The position numbers were made by a program, and so were the translations under genes. Under the pieces are notes generated by a model. That model searched no databases. It saw nothing but the letters and a program-made list of their open reading frames with translations, and was not told the DNA's origin. From positions 172,856,001 to 172,920,000 of the forward strand of contig OZ038378.1 of assembly GCA_964036045.1 (NCBI GenBank): a stretch of DNA of 64,000 nt. The letters run 5' to 3'. The first letter of the stretch is position 1, and each line of letters opens with the position of its first letter. The stretch comes from Eutreptiella sp. 'Long Island Sound 2002'. Its lineage: Eukaryota; Protista; Euglenida. This document shows, piece by piece, positions 1 through 11,568 of the stretch.

Positions 1-53
1 TGGGCTCCGCGAACATGGAAACGACATCAGTGAGGGCACCGGCCGCAGCGGCC

Positions 54-166
54 GACAGAAAGCAGCGACCCGACGCAACATGCGAAGGGAAGAACGGGTG
101 ACTGTCCAGGGCCCCGTAAAGAAACAACAACCCGACGGAATGTCACACGGGGGGGGGGGGGGGGGA
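54..166. repeat. Dispersed repeat, second copy at 48691-48790
   Basis: GACAGAAAGCAGCGACCCGAC.CAACATGCGAAGGGAAGAACGGGTGAC.GTCCAGGGCCCCGTAAAG...GACGGAATGTCACAC is nearly identical in both places and ends in a G run. Confidence 0.9.
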
Positions 167-207
167 TTGAGGGTGGAATGTTGTGTCACGGCCGTGCCCT
201 TGTGCAG

Positions 208-1530
208 TTGGGCGTCGAGATCAAGATGCTGGACGACAGCAAGGGGAACAAGGACTGCGTGGTGGCCGTGGAGCGGGTGGTGTCTGGCGGACCGTGCGAC
301 AAGGCGGGGCTGAAGGATGAGGACGTCATTGACCGCTGGAACGGGGAGCGGATCTACTCCAAGGCGGCGTGGACTGACAAGGTGTGTGACGGCAAGACGG
401 CCACCCCATCCCCCCTCCCTCCTCCCCGGGAAATTCAGATATTCCAAAAAGCCAACCGTAAAAAAAATACCCCTCCGGAAGCCCGTGCCCCTTCACGCCG
501 CGGGTTTGGGGTCCTGAACTACACCGACCCCCCCCCCCCCCCCCCCAATGGCAGGGCGCCACTTCGTCAGCTGTGGAGTCCGAGATGGTGCACAGCCCTA
601 AGTCCCAGACCCCGGCAGGGGGCCGACAGGCAGAGTTTTGGCATTGCAGAGGCTGGGCATTGCCACGAAGGAGAGGCACGGGGATGCTATTATTTGGCTC
701 CCAAAAGAAGGGCTTCCGGGGCTCTTTGTGTTGAGGCTGAACACCCACCGAATAGTGGAGGGCAGTGGGCAGTCGCGTGCAGGCCCTTGCCTGCTGCACA
801 CGGACCCACCCACCCCCGTCCTGCCAACCGGCACACTCCCCCCTGCCGTGCCGTGCACAGGATCCCGCCTGCCGTGCGTGGGACCCCTGCATCAGGGCTG
901 TCCTTAAGAAGCCAGTTTTTTTTCTTTTGGTTAAGGACAGCCCTTGAGGACAGCCCCCAGGGACCGCCAACCGCCAACCGCCACCAATCACCAACCGCCG
1001 CCAACTGCCAACCACCAACTGCCAACCTTTGAAGTAGAGAAGGTCCCATGACCATGAAGTGGCCGGGGATGGACCGGGCGCTGTTTGTGCCGCGAGGCCT
1101 CTCCCCTGGCGGCTTCAGAGTGCCAATGGAACCCTCCCACACCCACTCCTCCGTCTCGGGCGGGCGGGGGTGGGGCCCCGGGTGGGGGAGATCAGAGCGG
1201 GGAGTCCGGGGGGTACAGGCGCAGGGACCGGGACCAGGGGCCGCAGGGCGATGGTGTGCCTTGGGTGGGCCCAGTCGCCCGCTTGCCATCCGCCTCCTCC
1301 TCGCGCCCCGTTTCCAGGCGAAGCACGCCAAGATCGGGGAGGTCGTCACGCTGACGGTGTACCGCGACGGGGAGGCCCAGGACATGCAAGTCACCGTCGG
1401 GGGCACTACGAAGACCCTGGGCTCCACGCACAAGGTCAAGAGCCGTGGGTCCGTGTCCCACAACATCCGATACCAGAAGCCCTCCATGCGACAGCCCTCC
1501 ATGGCCTCCAAGCCTTCGATGAAGCGGTAG
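208..1530 (+). CDS. PDZ-domain protein, 3' part (exons 208-381 and 1318-1530; gene starts upstream of the window)
   Basis: Acceptor TGCAG at 207, donor AAG|GTGTGT at 382, acceptor TTTCCAG at 1317, phase 0/0. Joined sequence LGVEIKMLDDSKGNKDCVVAVERVVSGGPCDKAGLKDEDVIDRWNGERI...WTDK-AKHAKIGEVVTLTVYRDG has the PDZ pattern (V..GGP..KAGL..gDVI..NG, then V.L.V.R). Basic tail with three PSM repeats; TAG 1528-1530. Confidence 0.82.
905..1030. repeat. CCAACCG/CCAACTG low-complexity repeat family; related copies near 1730-1830, 18720-18780, 52330-52430
   Basis: AGGACAGCCC twice, followed by a degenerate (GCCAACC)n array. Confidence 0.75.
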
Positions 1531-2796
1531 GCGAGCCCGGCCGGGGGCCGAGGGCATGCGGAGCAGGGGACCCAACGTGAGACGGAGGGGCTGAGGGTGT
1601 TGGGCGCAGGCGAGCCCATGCAAGGCCCTAGGGCTGGTGGGCACAGAGGAGCCAGTGCAAGGGCTGAGTTTTCCTCTTTCTTTTCATTAAGAACAGCCGC
1701 AGATTTCAGGTGGAAGAACTGCAGTTAGCCGACAGCGGTTGGCAGTGAACGGTACGTCGCAGGTACTCGGCGGCGGCGGGTGGTTAAGCGACGCCATTGG
1801 CGGGCAACCGACAGCAGTGGTTGGTCCGCCGGCTGGCCCTCTGTGGAGGCTCAGGCACAACGGAGTCCAGCCGTTTCCCGTTCTGTGGCGCCACGGACAT
1901 CCCTGGCTCCATCGGAAGCAGTGCCCTCTCCGATCATATTCATACATCAGAAGTATGCCACACCCGCGTGTCCTCACCACACCCTCTGCCGCGTGCATCA
2001 ACACGCATACCCGTGGGTCTGCTCGCATCACCCCCAGCGTCAGCCCCCGAGTGGCATTCCCCCGCTCTGTCGCACTGTCCCATGTCACCCCCACACCCGC
2101 GGTACTTCAGTGTGCCGGCACACCGCACCGATACATCGGACCAACAACCCCACACACGCAGGGCCCCACCAGCATTTGGTTGGGGCGTGGCTCAGGCCAG
2201 CCCGTTCGTGTGCGGAGGGGCCGTCCGCGCGGTGCGCACGCGACAGCCCTAGCGCTGCGTATTTTGCTGCAGCATCTGCGGGAAATCGCGGTGTTTGCGG
2301 CGCTCAGTCAGAAAGTCGCGATTCTGAACCGGTTTGCCCGGGGCAGCGTGAAGGCATCACCGTGTCCGTCGCAAGCGCGCCGTGCCGGCGCTCCCTCCTC
2401 CCAAATATGATTGCCAGGTCAGGTGTGCTCGAGGTCAGGAACGGCCAGGGCACAGGGGGTTTCAGTGGGCCGTAGCCCTGGTCGCCATTGTGCAACGCGA
2501 AGCCCGCGGGCCCGCGTGGGACTTTTGCCCGACACGGCAGGCCCCCACCCCCTGGGACGCCCGAGCACAGGCAGCGGACGGGGCGCTGGGCTCGGCGATA
2601 CAGCGGGGGCCAGCCCTGGGAGCGGGCCAGGGCGAGCCGCAGTCTCGCCAGTAGGTCCCTCCTGCGCCATGTACGTCCGGGTGAGAGCACAGGGTGGGGG
2701 GTGCTTGGGTCCCTCCAGCCCCCCCTCTGACCCACAAACGGGCCACTTGTCGGGACGGTACTTGGCCCGTGCCGTCCGACGTACGACAGAGAGGGA

Positions 2797-3318
2797 GACG
2801 CACGCGCGGTGCGCGCGGTGCACCACGCGGTGCGCGCGGTGCACCACGCGGTGCGCGCGCGGTGCATTCGTTTTCCACGTGCGCGTACAACCTTTTCTTT
2901 CCCCTTGTGCTGTTTTCTGCACCTCACCACTATTTGCCCCACCCTTGTGGTGAGCCCGTGTGCCGTGGCTGCGGGATAGGGCGCCAAGCCAGGTTGCGAT
3001 GGCTGTCGCAATGGCGGACAATTGCCACGGGTGCCTCGCCCCTCCCTCTATAGAGAACAAATGAAAGTCGAGCGGCCGTACCGGAGAGTTCTACATCCTC
3101 TTCTTCCTCTTCCTACGGCCCTCCCCTGGCAGGGGTGGTGGGCGGCCACAACCACCATTGGTGAGGAGGATGGAGTGGAGGCCTCCGTTGTTGTGTGCTT
3201 ACCCCTTAGGCCACCGCGTCCTTGCCACCCTGAAAAAATGTGAAAAATGCAGGAAAGGGTTGGTAGAAACGCACGCGCGGTGCGCGCGCGGTGCACAACG
3301 CGGTGCGCGCGGTGCGTA
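2797..3318. repeat. Cassette bracketed by (CACGCGGTGCGCGCGGTG)-type microsatellites
   Basis: Direct-orientation arrays at 2797-2872 and 3268-3318, with a short flanking inverted match GAGGGAGA/TCTCCCTC. An internal 56-bp segment (3173-3228) recurs at 63408-63463 (50/56 identical). Confidence 0.7.
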
Positions 3319-6300
3319 TATCTCCCTCAGATACGACATGACGGATGCTGCCGTCTGTACCACAGGGACTGGACCGGGTTTGGCTGACGAAGGTTTCCCG
3401 ATTGCTCAGCCCTGTCGCTGGTCCTCTTCCGCACCGGCGGTACGGACCGTGGTAGGCCTCCCAGACACCGCAACCCCCCCGTCCGGCAGAGTTAGACACA
3501 CCCGCACCAGAAATGTCTCTCTATCGACCTTAGATTGCATCCAAACGGGTGCAGACGCATGGCAACCGCAGCGCAACAGGGCGGCTCACGTGCAGATCGT
3601 GTGCCTTGCCGTCTGTGTGTGTTCCTGCCCAACCCGTACTAACCCAATGAGGCCGCGAACCTCGGTTTCGACCCCTCTTCCACACCCTCCCCTGCTCCCT
3701 CTGCGGCCGCATCCTCCAATCCTCTTCGGAAGGTGTGAACGTTACGCGGTGCCTCCGCATCTGGTGGCCCCGCCAATTTCTCTTGTGGCATTGAATCTGC
3801 AACACTCGGGTTCATGCCCCCTTTGTCAGCCATCTAGGCCCGCGCTTGAACCCCCCCCCCCCCCCAAAGTGGCTATGGATGCCATTCCCCTCGACAGTAG
3901 CTGACAGTTCCGCCCCAACCGCGTCTTTTCAACTCCAACTGCGGCTCCGACGGTTGCGTAACCGCCGGCTCCTGCTCCTCAACCGCTTTCCCAACCGTGT
4001 GCTCCCCACGCTGCCCTGTTGGTCTTCCGGGCTCCCGCAGGCCTGCCCCCATCCTCTATGCACCCCAGTTCTCTTCCACGATTACTGCTACATTCCGCAC
4101 CGTCCCTCGGTCCCAGCAGCAGATGTTACCCCAACATCAACAACCCCTGCTGTACCCCGTGTACCACCTACCCTCCCCCCCCCGTCGCATACGGCTCCAG
4201 GCTGCACCACTGCTTATAAGCTTGGCCCACATGTTGCTGCTGCGACCTTCATCCGGGCCTGGGTCCTGTAGGTTGGAGTTTCCCCTCGCCCCAAGCGCAT
4301 CTCTCAGCCCCCGCCTCTGGCGCGGATCCCCCGCACGTGCACTTTGGTCTCCTGGGCCGGCAGCTTGGAAAGTGCCCCATCCCATGTCGGACTGTGCAGT
4401 GCGCCTGGTCGGCGTCCGAGATGGTGACGCCCCTATGCAGGTGTTGCAGTGCTGGCCGCAAGGAGTGCTGCAGGCTGGCGTGGCATCCCCATCAACGGGT
4501 GAGCGGATGATAGGCAACGCAGCTCCATTGTTAGGCACCCGTCCGTCTTTGCATTTTAGCACTGATGCCAGTTTTTTCAAAACTATTTGCTGCTGCCCTG
4601 CCTCCGGTATGCATTTTGAGGGGATGGAAAAGGGTCGGGGGCCCAGACCTTGGTGTCCGCCCCCCCCCCCCCCCGGCCCCCCTGGGCGGGGGATGATCCA
4701 GACAGATTTTTTCCTGTTTTTTTCCCAACATCTTCGCCCTGCGCCTTCCCATAGCCCAATTTGGAGATTCCTGGTGGGGGTCAGGCTGCTGTGTCCCGTA
4801 CGACGGTATGCCATCAACGCTTTGCCGTATTGGGGATCTTCTGGTGTATTATATGTTTCGGGTCTGGAGGGCAGCAAATTGGAGGTGGTGTGTTTTATCT
4901 TCAACATTGTCCTCCATAGGGCAACTGTCGAGGCTTGCAGAGGCTACATCACCTCTGGAGTACCATGCCGTCTGACCATAATAGCATCCCCTTCTAGATA
5001 CGATGCTTCCCATACGCTGCTGTGCGCTACCCACATGCAAACACCCCCATCCCCAAAGCATGCCCGCCCCACACGTGCACGTCTTTGTGGCAAAGTGTGG
5101 CGATGCCATTCTTCCCGTTGTTCGGTGTGCCGTGCCAAGATATTGGCCGTCCCAGACCCAGTGGGCACCCATCCCACCTGGGCTTGGCCCCCAGTCTGTC
5201 AGTCTACCCCCGTGTCGCAGAACCAGGCATTCGTCATGTCTGTTACCCCATAAACACCCCTGCCTTCTTGTCCCACCTGTTGACGGCCCAACCCTGGGAG
5301 CTGTGAGGTTCTGACTATATTTGCTGTTCACTTGCTCTTATTCCAGAGTTGACATTTAGGGCTCTGGCACTGTCGCACTGCTTGCCATCGGAGATACCAT
5401 TGATTCCTGTTTTGCTCGTGTAAAGATCTGAAAGTTAGAGCAGGGTACAGGGCGGCACGGGAGGGATATGGAGTAGGTTTGTTATGGAGCGATTTTCAGC
5501 CGCAGGTTGTGCATGGTTTCCACATTTCCCCATCTGCACGAGAAATTTGTTGGTGCAACAGCCGGGGGGGGGGGGGGGGCGCAGCTGGGGAACACGCCAA
5601 GCCTCTTGGTGCTGAGAGGGGGATTGACGTGCACGCCAAACATGTCGGAGGCAGTGGGGAGGCTGGGGGGGGGGGTGATTTGGCGGGGGGTTGGTTTGGC
5701 ATGCAGTTGGCACGGGGGGGGGGGGGGGCGGGGATTGGCGTGCACGCCAGAACTCTGACTAGGGACGTGACCAACCAACCGCGCCACAGTCAGGTTTTAC
5801 ATACCATGGCCCAAGGTACCACTCTCAGTAAAGCTAGGCCTCACCCATGAACAATTGAGCACACTCAATTCCGGTGACCTGTTTTGGGCTGCGGTGCACC
5901 CGCAATTATCCTGTTACTTCTAGAAGGTTGTGTTGCCATATTTCGGACTTGTAGAAGGTTGTGTTGCCATATTTCGGACAGGTTTGGCGCAGTAGGTGCA
6001 ATGAGGAGACGTGGTTTGGCTCAGTTGGGCAGGTTGTTGCACTGGCTCAGAGTGTGTGGGTTGGGGGGGAGGGGGGTGACGGGGGGCATTTGAAAATTAT
6101 CGGAAATCAAAACCCTACGGTCGCCCCCAGGATGGGTTTGGGTGATCACTTGGTGACAATGCGGGTCTTCTAGCACCCATGGGGACCCACGTCGTGGTCG
6201 CTAAGCCCATGCAGCCCCCCGAAAGCCCCAAAATTGCTGTTGTTTAGGCCGTTGGGTGGCAACTGAAAATTGTCGAAAATTGGAATTTTTCTGAAACCCT

Positions 6301-7675
6301 TCTTTCGCCCCTAGGGTAGGTTTGGATGGTCATTTTGTGACAACACAGGTGCCCCCCCTTTGCGCAAGCACTGCCTTGTCCAAGCAGGGGACCCTTCTAA
6401 CCGTCGTTTTCCCGACTGCTTAGGTTTCCCTTATGGGCACTGCCTTGTCTAAGCACGGGCACCCATCTGACCAGTGTTTGACTGACTTTCAGCATGCTTA
6501 CACAAGGCAGAGGGGGGGTACTCCAGCAACCAAGGGGTCCCACGTAAGGGCCGCTAGGCCCATGTAGCCTGAGCCATGGGCCCCACAAAGCCCCAAAATT
6601 GCTGTTTTTGGTTTGGTACTTAGCTGGCCTGTAGCTGCCACTACGAGTCCATTTGGACCCAGGTTGCATTCCACTTTTTTCCTTCTTTCTGGACCCCCTG
6701 ACCAATGACGGGTCCCAGGTGCTATATCCGCCTTTCCAAAGTGGCCCCCCCCTCCGGTGAGCAGTCGGCTGTTTTCAAGCTTCTATTTTTTGGCACCAAC
6801 AAGTGAACAGGTAATGGTAAATGGGACCAACGCAGAAATTCTGTTGCCTTTGGTGTGGCACCTCAAAGAGAGACCACAGACATTGTGGGGAAATCGTAAA
6901 CTACACATCTGCCCAATGCAGTGGGAAAATACCGCAATAGCGCTTTTGGGGGCGGGGTGGCCGGGGGGGGGGGGGGGATAAGCACCATTATGAGGGCCCA
7001 ATTGGTGCTACATAAGTTTATACACACTCCTGTTGTCAACAAATGATGACCCAACAACAGCCCAAGGGTCCCCAGGGGTTGTTGGAGGCCAGCCCAAAAT
7101 CACAATTTTTGAGACATGTGTGTGGTGTGCCCACCTGCTAGGAAGTGGCAATCATAAAAAAAGTTTCATCTTGATGCCACCAGGGAGCGCACTTCAAGCA
7201 AGGAGCAAAAAGGGCACCAAAAAGAAGTGGAAAATTACAGCCCTCAATGAAGATGAAGGAGAATGCTTTTCTTGTAGTGCCTGTGGCATGTGCGGCATGC
7301 CTACGGTGCAATCAGCATAGTCTGGGTAATTCGCCTAGTATGTGGAACTTGTAGTTGTGCACATATCCCCCCCCCCCCACCGCCCCCCACTTGCGCACAC
7401 AAAGCTTGTGTCTAAGCAACACTAGGAGAATGCCGTCCACACAGTGCAAAAATTTTACGTCGGCAAATACTTGAACCCTAGTTTCGGCCCCTTTCCACAA
7501 GTTTTTTGTTCCATATTGGGGTTTTTTTTTGGCTTCCTATACATTTGAATTGTTACCCATTTTTACCCATTTTCAACCATTTTTGCCCATTGGATTGTCC
7601 GCACTGTGTGGACACGCTCTGCAGGTTCGCTGCATGGCCATGTGCGTATTTTGCTCCACCTTACTCAATTTTGTA

Positions 7676-8268
7676 CCCCCCCCCCCCCCGTGCCCACGAA
7701 CCAGCAATGTTTGACCGCGGAACCAGGGGGCGGTTCTTGCGCACGCTTTTCCCCCAAAATTTGACCGCGGAACCAAGGGTTGTTTCTTGCGCACGACTGT
7801 GGGCAGCCCCGTACCGCGGAAAAAAAAAATTCCCGGCGCGTTGCGCCGGGGCATCCACACCCTCTGCCTGCCCAGGCACCTAGCCATCAGACGGCACCTC
7901 TTTGACTAAGAAAGGATGGTTCGCCAAAAATGAAAAAATAAAATTTGCAAAGAGGTGCTATCAGTGGCCCCCGGTGTTTAACTGACTTTTGTTTCTTTCC
8001 TTGTCAGGGGCTGGTTGCTTTGGGGAAGGGGTCGAGAGCAGGTCGGAGGGGTTTAAGGGGTATGTGTGCCTGTGACTGACTGATAGGGTCCCCCCTGATG
8101 GGGGGACCCATGGCAACACAATGTTGTCCCGCACACCTGAATAGCTGTCGTGCATCCACTAGAACCATGAAAAACCCAAAACCGTGGTAAAAAAAAGTGG
8201 TGCGAGAATTCGACCGCGGAACCAGGGGGCGGTTCTTGCGCAAGGCGTTCCCTGGGCACCGGGGGGGG
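7676..8268. mobile_element. MITE, TA|C14-GTGCCC ... GGGCACC-G8|TA
   Basis: TIR plus TA on both flanks (7674-7675, 8269-8270). A diverged inverted copy lies at about 26080-26645, sharing GGAACCAGGGG.GGTTCTTGC and GAACCAGCAATGTTT. Confidence 0.7.
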
Positions 8269-10536
8269 TATTCGCAGGCCGACTAGGTATCAGCCCTATG
8301 GATCTTGGCCTCATGTGCCTGAGTGTTTGTTGGCAGAGGAGCAAGCAACTATTGAGGAGGAGAAAAATGATGATGGTGTTCGTTGCCAATTGTGTGGCCA
8401 CTGTCCTAGTGATATATCCGAGTGTGGCACTTGCCATTTGAACATGTGAGCATCCGGCATGCCACTGCATAGTTGTACCTGACAAGACTGAGTGGCTTGT
8501 TCATAGGTACGTTGGAGTATCAATTTGAAGGCCTGGCTGCTCTGCCTTGCTAGCAGATAGGTGGTAGGTGATCTTAGTTTCCAAGTAGGTAGACGCAGTG
8601 CAGCAACATGGCCTCGGTGTTGGTTCTTTCAACTTTTGCAATGTGGATTTTGGCAGTGCGGTTTGTAATTGATCCAATCTTGTGCCATGAGTGTCCACTG
8701 GACTCCAGCCCCCAAGTTGGTCAAAAGCAGCGAAACCCAAGTGCAAATGGTGAGGACAATGTGGAAGTTGTGAGCAAAAGTGTTGAAAATGCACTTCCAA
8801 GTGCACTCTCTTGTGCTTGTTGACTAGGACCCCAATTTACACCGATGTATACACGTACTTTTTTGGGGCTTTTTCCGGGTACAATGATGTGCGCCATTTG
8901 GAAAGAGAAACGGTTTATCACCCCTCACCCACGTCAATGGCCCAGGACATTATTCTTGTTCTTTTCCATTCCTTTATTGGGAGCCCTTGGCAGAGGGTGC
9001 CATGTCTCTCAGTTCCGGAAGGGGGGTCCATTGACATGCATGGGGTGCTGAGCAGAGGGCATCACGTCAACACTCCCCAACACTATGAAAATTACAACGA
9101 TTAGGGAGGAGAAGAGCGCACAACACCATGGAATGCCACATATGTTGACACTTAGCGGTCACCAAACATGGCAAAAAGATGCCTCAACATGAAAGCAAAA
9201 AGAAAGGAAAAGAAAAGAAAGGAAAACCTACTATGTCACCCCCTTGAATGGTCCCCCCTGCACCGTACTACTAGGTACTTGCTATTATTTCCGAGAGGCT
9301 TCGGGGCACTTCCAACAGTGTTCCTACAAGCTTCCTACAAGCTTCCTACAAGCGTTCTGATTTTTTGCTCCGCGCCCCGTTCTATGGGGTCCTTTGTAAT
9401 TTTTTACCATTCATCTCCGGATAGTCCACTTTTTAGGTTCGCCTACTGCACTAGAGACCCTCTTGCACACGCTTGTGAGCTTTGGGTCTGCGCCTTGTGC
9501 CGTGCTTTGCAGGGATCCAATGTACCATATGCTGGAGTGAGGCCCACTTACCAAGAACTATCTTGAGAACTCTTCGAAGCTCTGGAGTTAGCCAAAAAAA
9601 AAAGTTCGTGCTAATTCCTACAAGCTTTTAGATATTTGCTGGTAATTCCAACAACAGTGGCCACAATCCAATGGCCTAGGCCCAGGGAGTGGTACTAAAC
9701 AACGTTTCCTTGAGCATACATGATGTGAAAAAAACACAAACAAATAGCACATGGAATTGCACAAACGCTATAAAATGTTGACAAGAAAATCTCTATTAGA
9801 ATTCGTAGCACTCCTAAAGGCACTCTCAAAATTGCTTCAACACTTTTGGGGGGAAATGTGCAAGTGACTGGGGTTCTTTTGGGGCGCAGTCGATGTTGGG
9901 CATGGTTGTGTTTAAACTGAGTGATTTTCAGAACCCCAAACCATAGAACATCAAACACCAGGCACCCAGAGCTTATTTTTAAGTGTGGTATTGTGTGGCA
10001 CTACTCTTAGGAATAATTGGGAGCTTGTTCATGGCTGTGTTCAATATGTTTGTGTGAGTGTGATGGGGGTAACTCTGATATGTCGTGCGGGTTTCCCGCA
10101 GTCACCTCCAGCTGGGAGAGTGCCCCCTCCTCCTCACCAATGGACCCCATGTGGTCGTCAGTGGCCACCTCGGGGCATGCCATAGATGATGGTCTGCAGC
10201 CAATGTGCTTGGATGATCTCCTAGCCTCTGCAACAAACCCCTCTGCCATGCTACCGGGACAACCCTCTGTACCTGAGGAGAACTGGGAATTTCCCATTAC
10301 CGCAAGCCCCCTTACTATTAACCCTACCCAATGCTCTGCGAATCAGAACACTGCTGCAAACGGAGATGACAGCCCACCTCCCATCCCACATACCCTGGCA
10401 CAAAATCCCACATTCCACGCGCCACATCTTGCACATCCTCCCTAAATTTCCGGTTTATCCCTCTCAGGGGTCTGTTTCTTGTTCTCCTGCTCACCTTCTG
10501 CATCAATCCCTTTGTGGTGGACGCCCCTGTATTGAA

Positions 10537-10998
10537 ATGAAGCAACAACCGATGTCAAATAGGCAGATGACCCATGAGCACTCCTGGGATCGTGCCCATC
10601 CTGATGATGTCAGTGCGATGGCCCTCCTCCCGTGCCGGAGAGAAGCTCAGCGAAAGTATCTTGTCACCGCGAGTGACGATGGCACACTGAGACTCTGGGA
10701 CAGGAGCATGCCCATGGGTCTCCCCTTTTTCTTACCGAGGTTCCAGCTGGTATGTGCATTTGGATGTGTACACAAATGGAAGATGCGCTGCTGTCGCCAA
10801 AAAGAAAACGGACCCCAATATGCGCACACACCACAGGCACCCACAAAGGACACAGTTGACTGGCACCAAACAGGGAACACGCATGTATCTACACCCACAA
10901 ACAGTGCGCACAGTTGTGTACGCGCACGACCATATGAAGGCTAGGCAGACAATGAGTGCAAAGCCTGAAGGCAACAGGCAGGCGCTGGGCAAGGAATA

Positions 10999-11061
<63 letters not shown>

Positions 11062-11223
11062 GTCGGTCGAGGAGCAAGCGTAAGCGGCAAGGGCCGCTCA
11101 AACTGCCTGACCCAGAGCCGGATTAGTGAACAAAGCTAACCATCCACAATGCAATCAAAGAACTGCCACAGGCGAGAACTGAAAGCAATGAAAACACCAC
11201 CATGCCGGGGCAATTGGCAATTG

Positions 11224-11278
<55 letters not shown>

Positions 11279-11535
11279 CCGCAATTCCCAGTCAGGGCTT
11301 GGGTCGGCTGCAATGCCCCCAACAGGGGAGCCTGAAAGGCGTGGGCATGTGGGGCATGCGGGGCTGCAGGGCACGGTAGGAGCATGAAGACTAGTCATAG
11401 TCATCGTGTTGTGCTGAGAGGGAGGAAACGCCACGAAGGGTGGAATATCCAAACATTGCTGCAGTGCAAACAGAGCGGTAGAGTTGTGATGTATCATAGC
11501 GAACGCTGTTGCTTTGGTTGAAATAATTGGGGTGT

Positions 11536-11568
<33 letters not shown>

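Noticed and set aside
3340-3833. Possible minus-strand exons (MADKGGMNPS...; VDRETFLVRVCLTLPDGG...)
   Set aside because: Plausible splice signals, but no domain, no consistent phase chain, and overlap with repeat DNA.
8159-8823. Possible LINE C-terminal fragments; likewise 16700-17000 and 45550-46270
   Set aside because: Protein-like but without diagnostic RT or endonuclease motifs.
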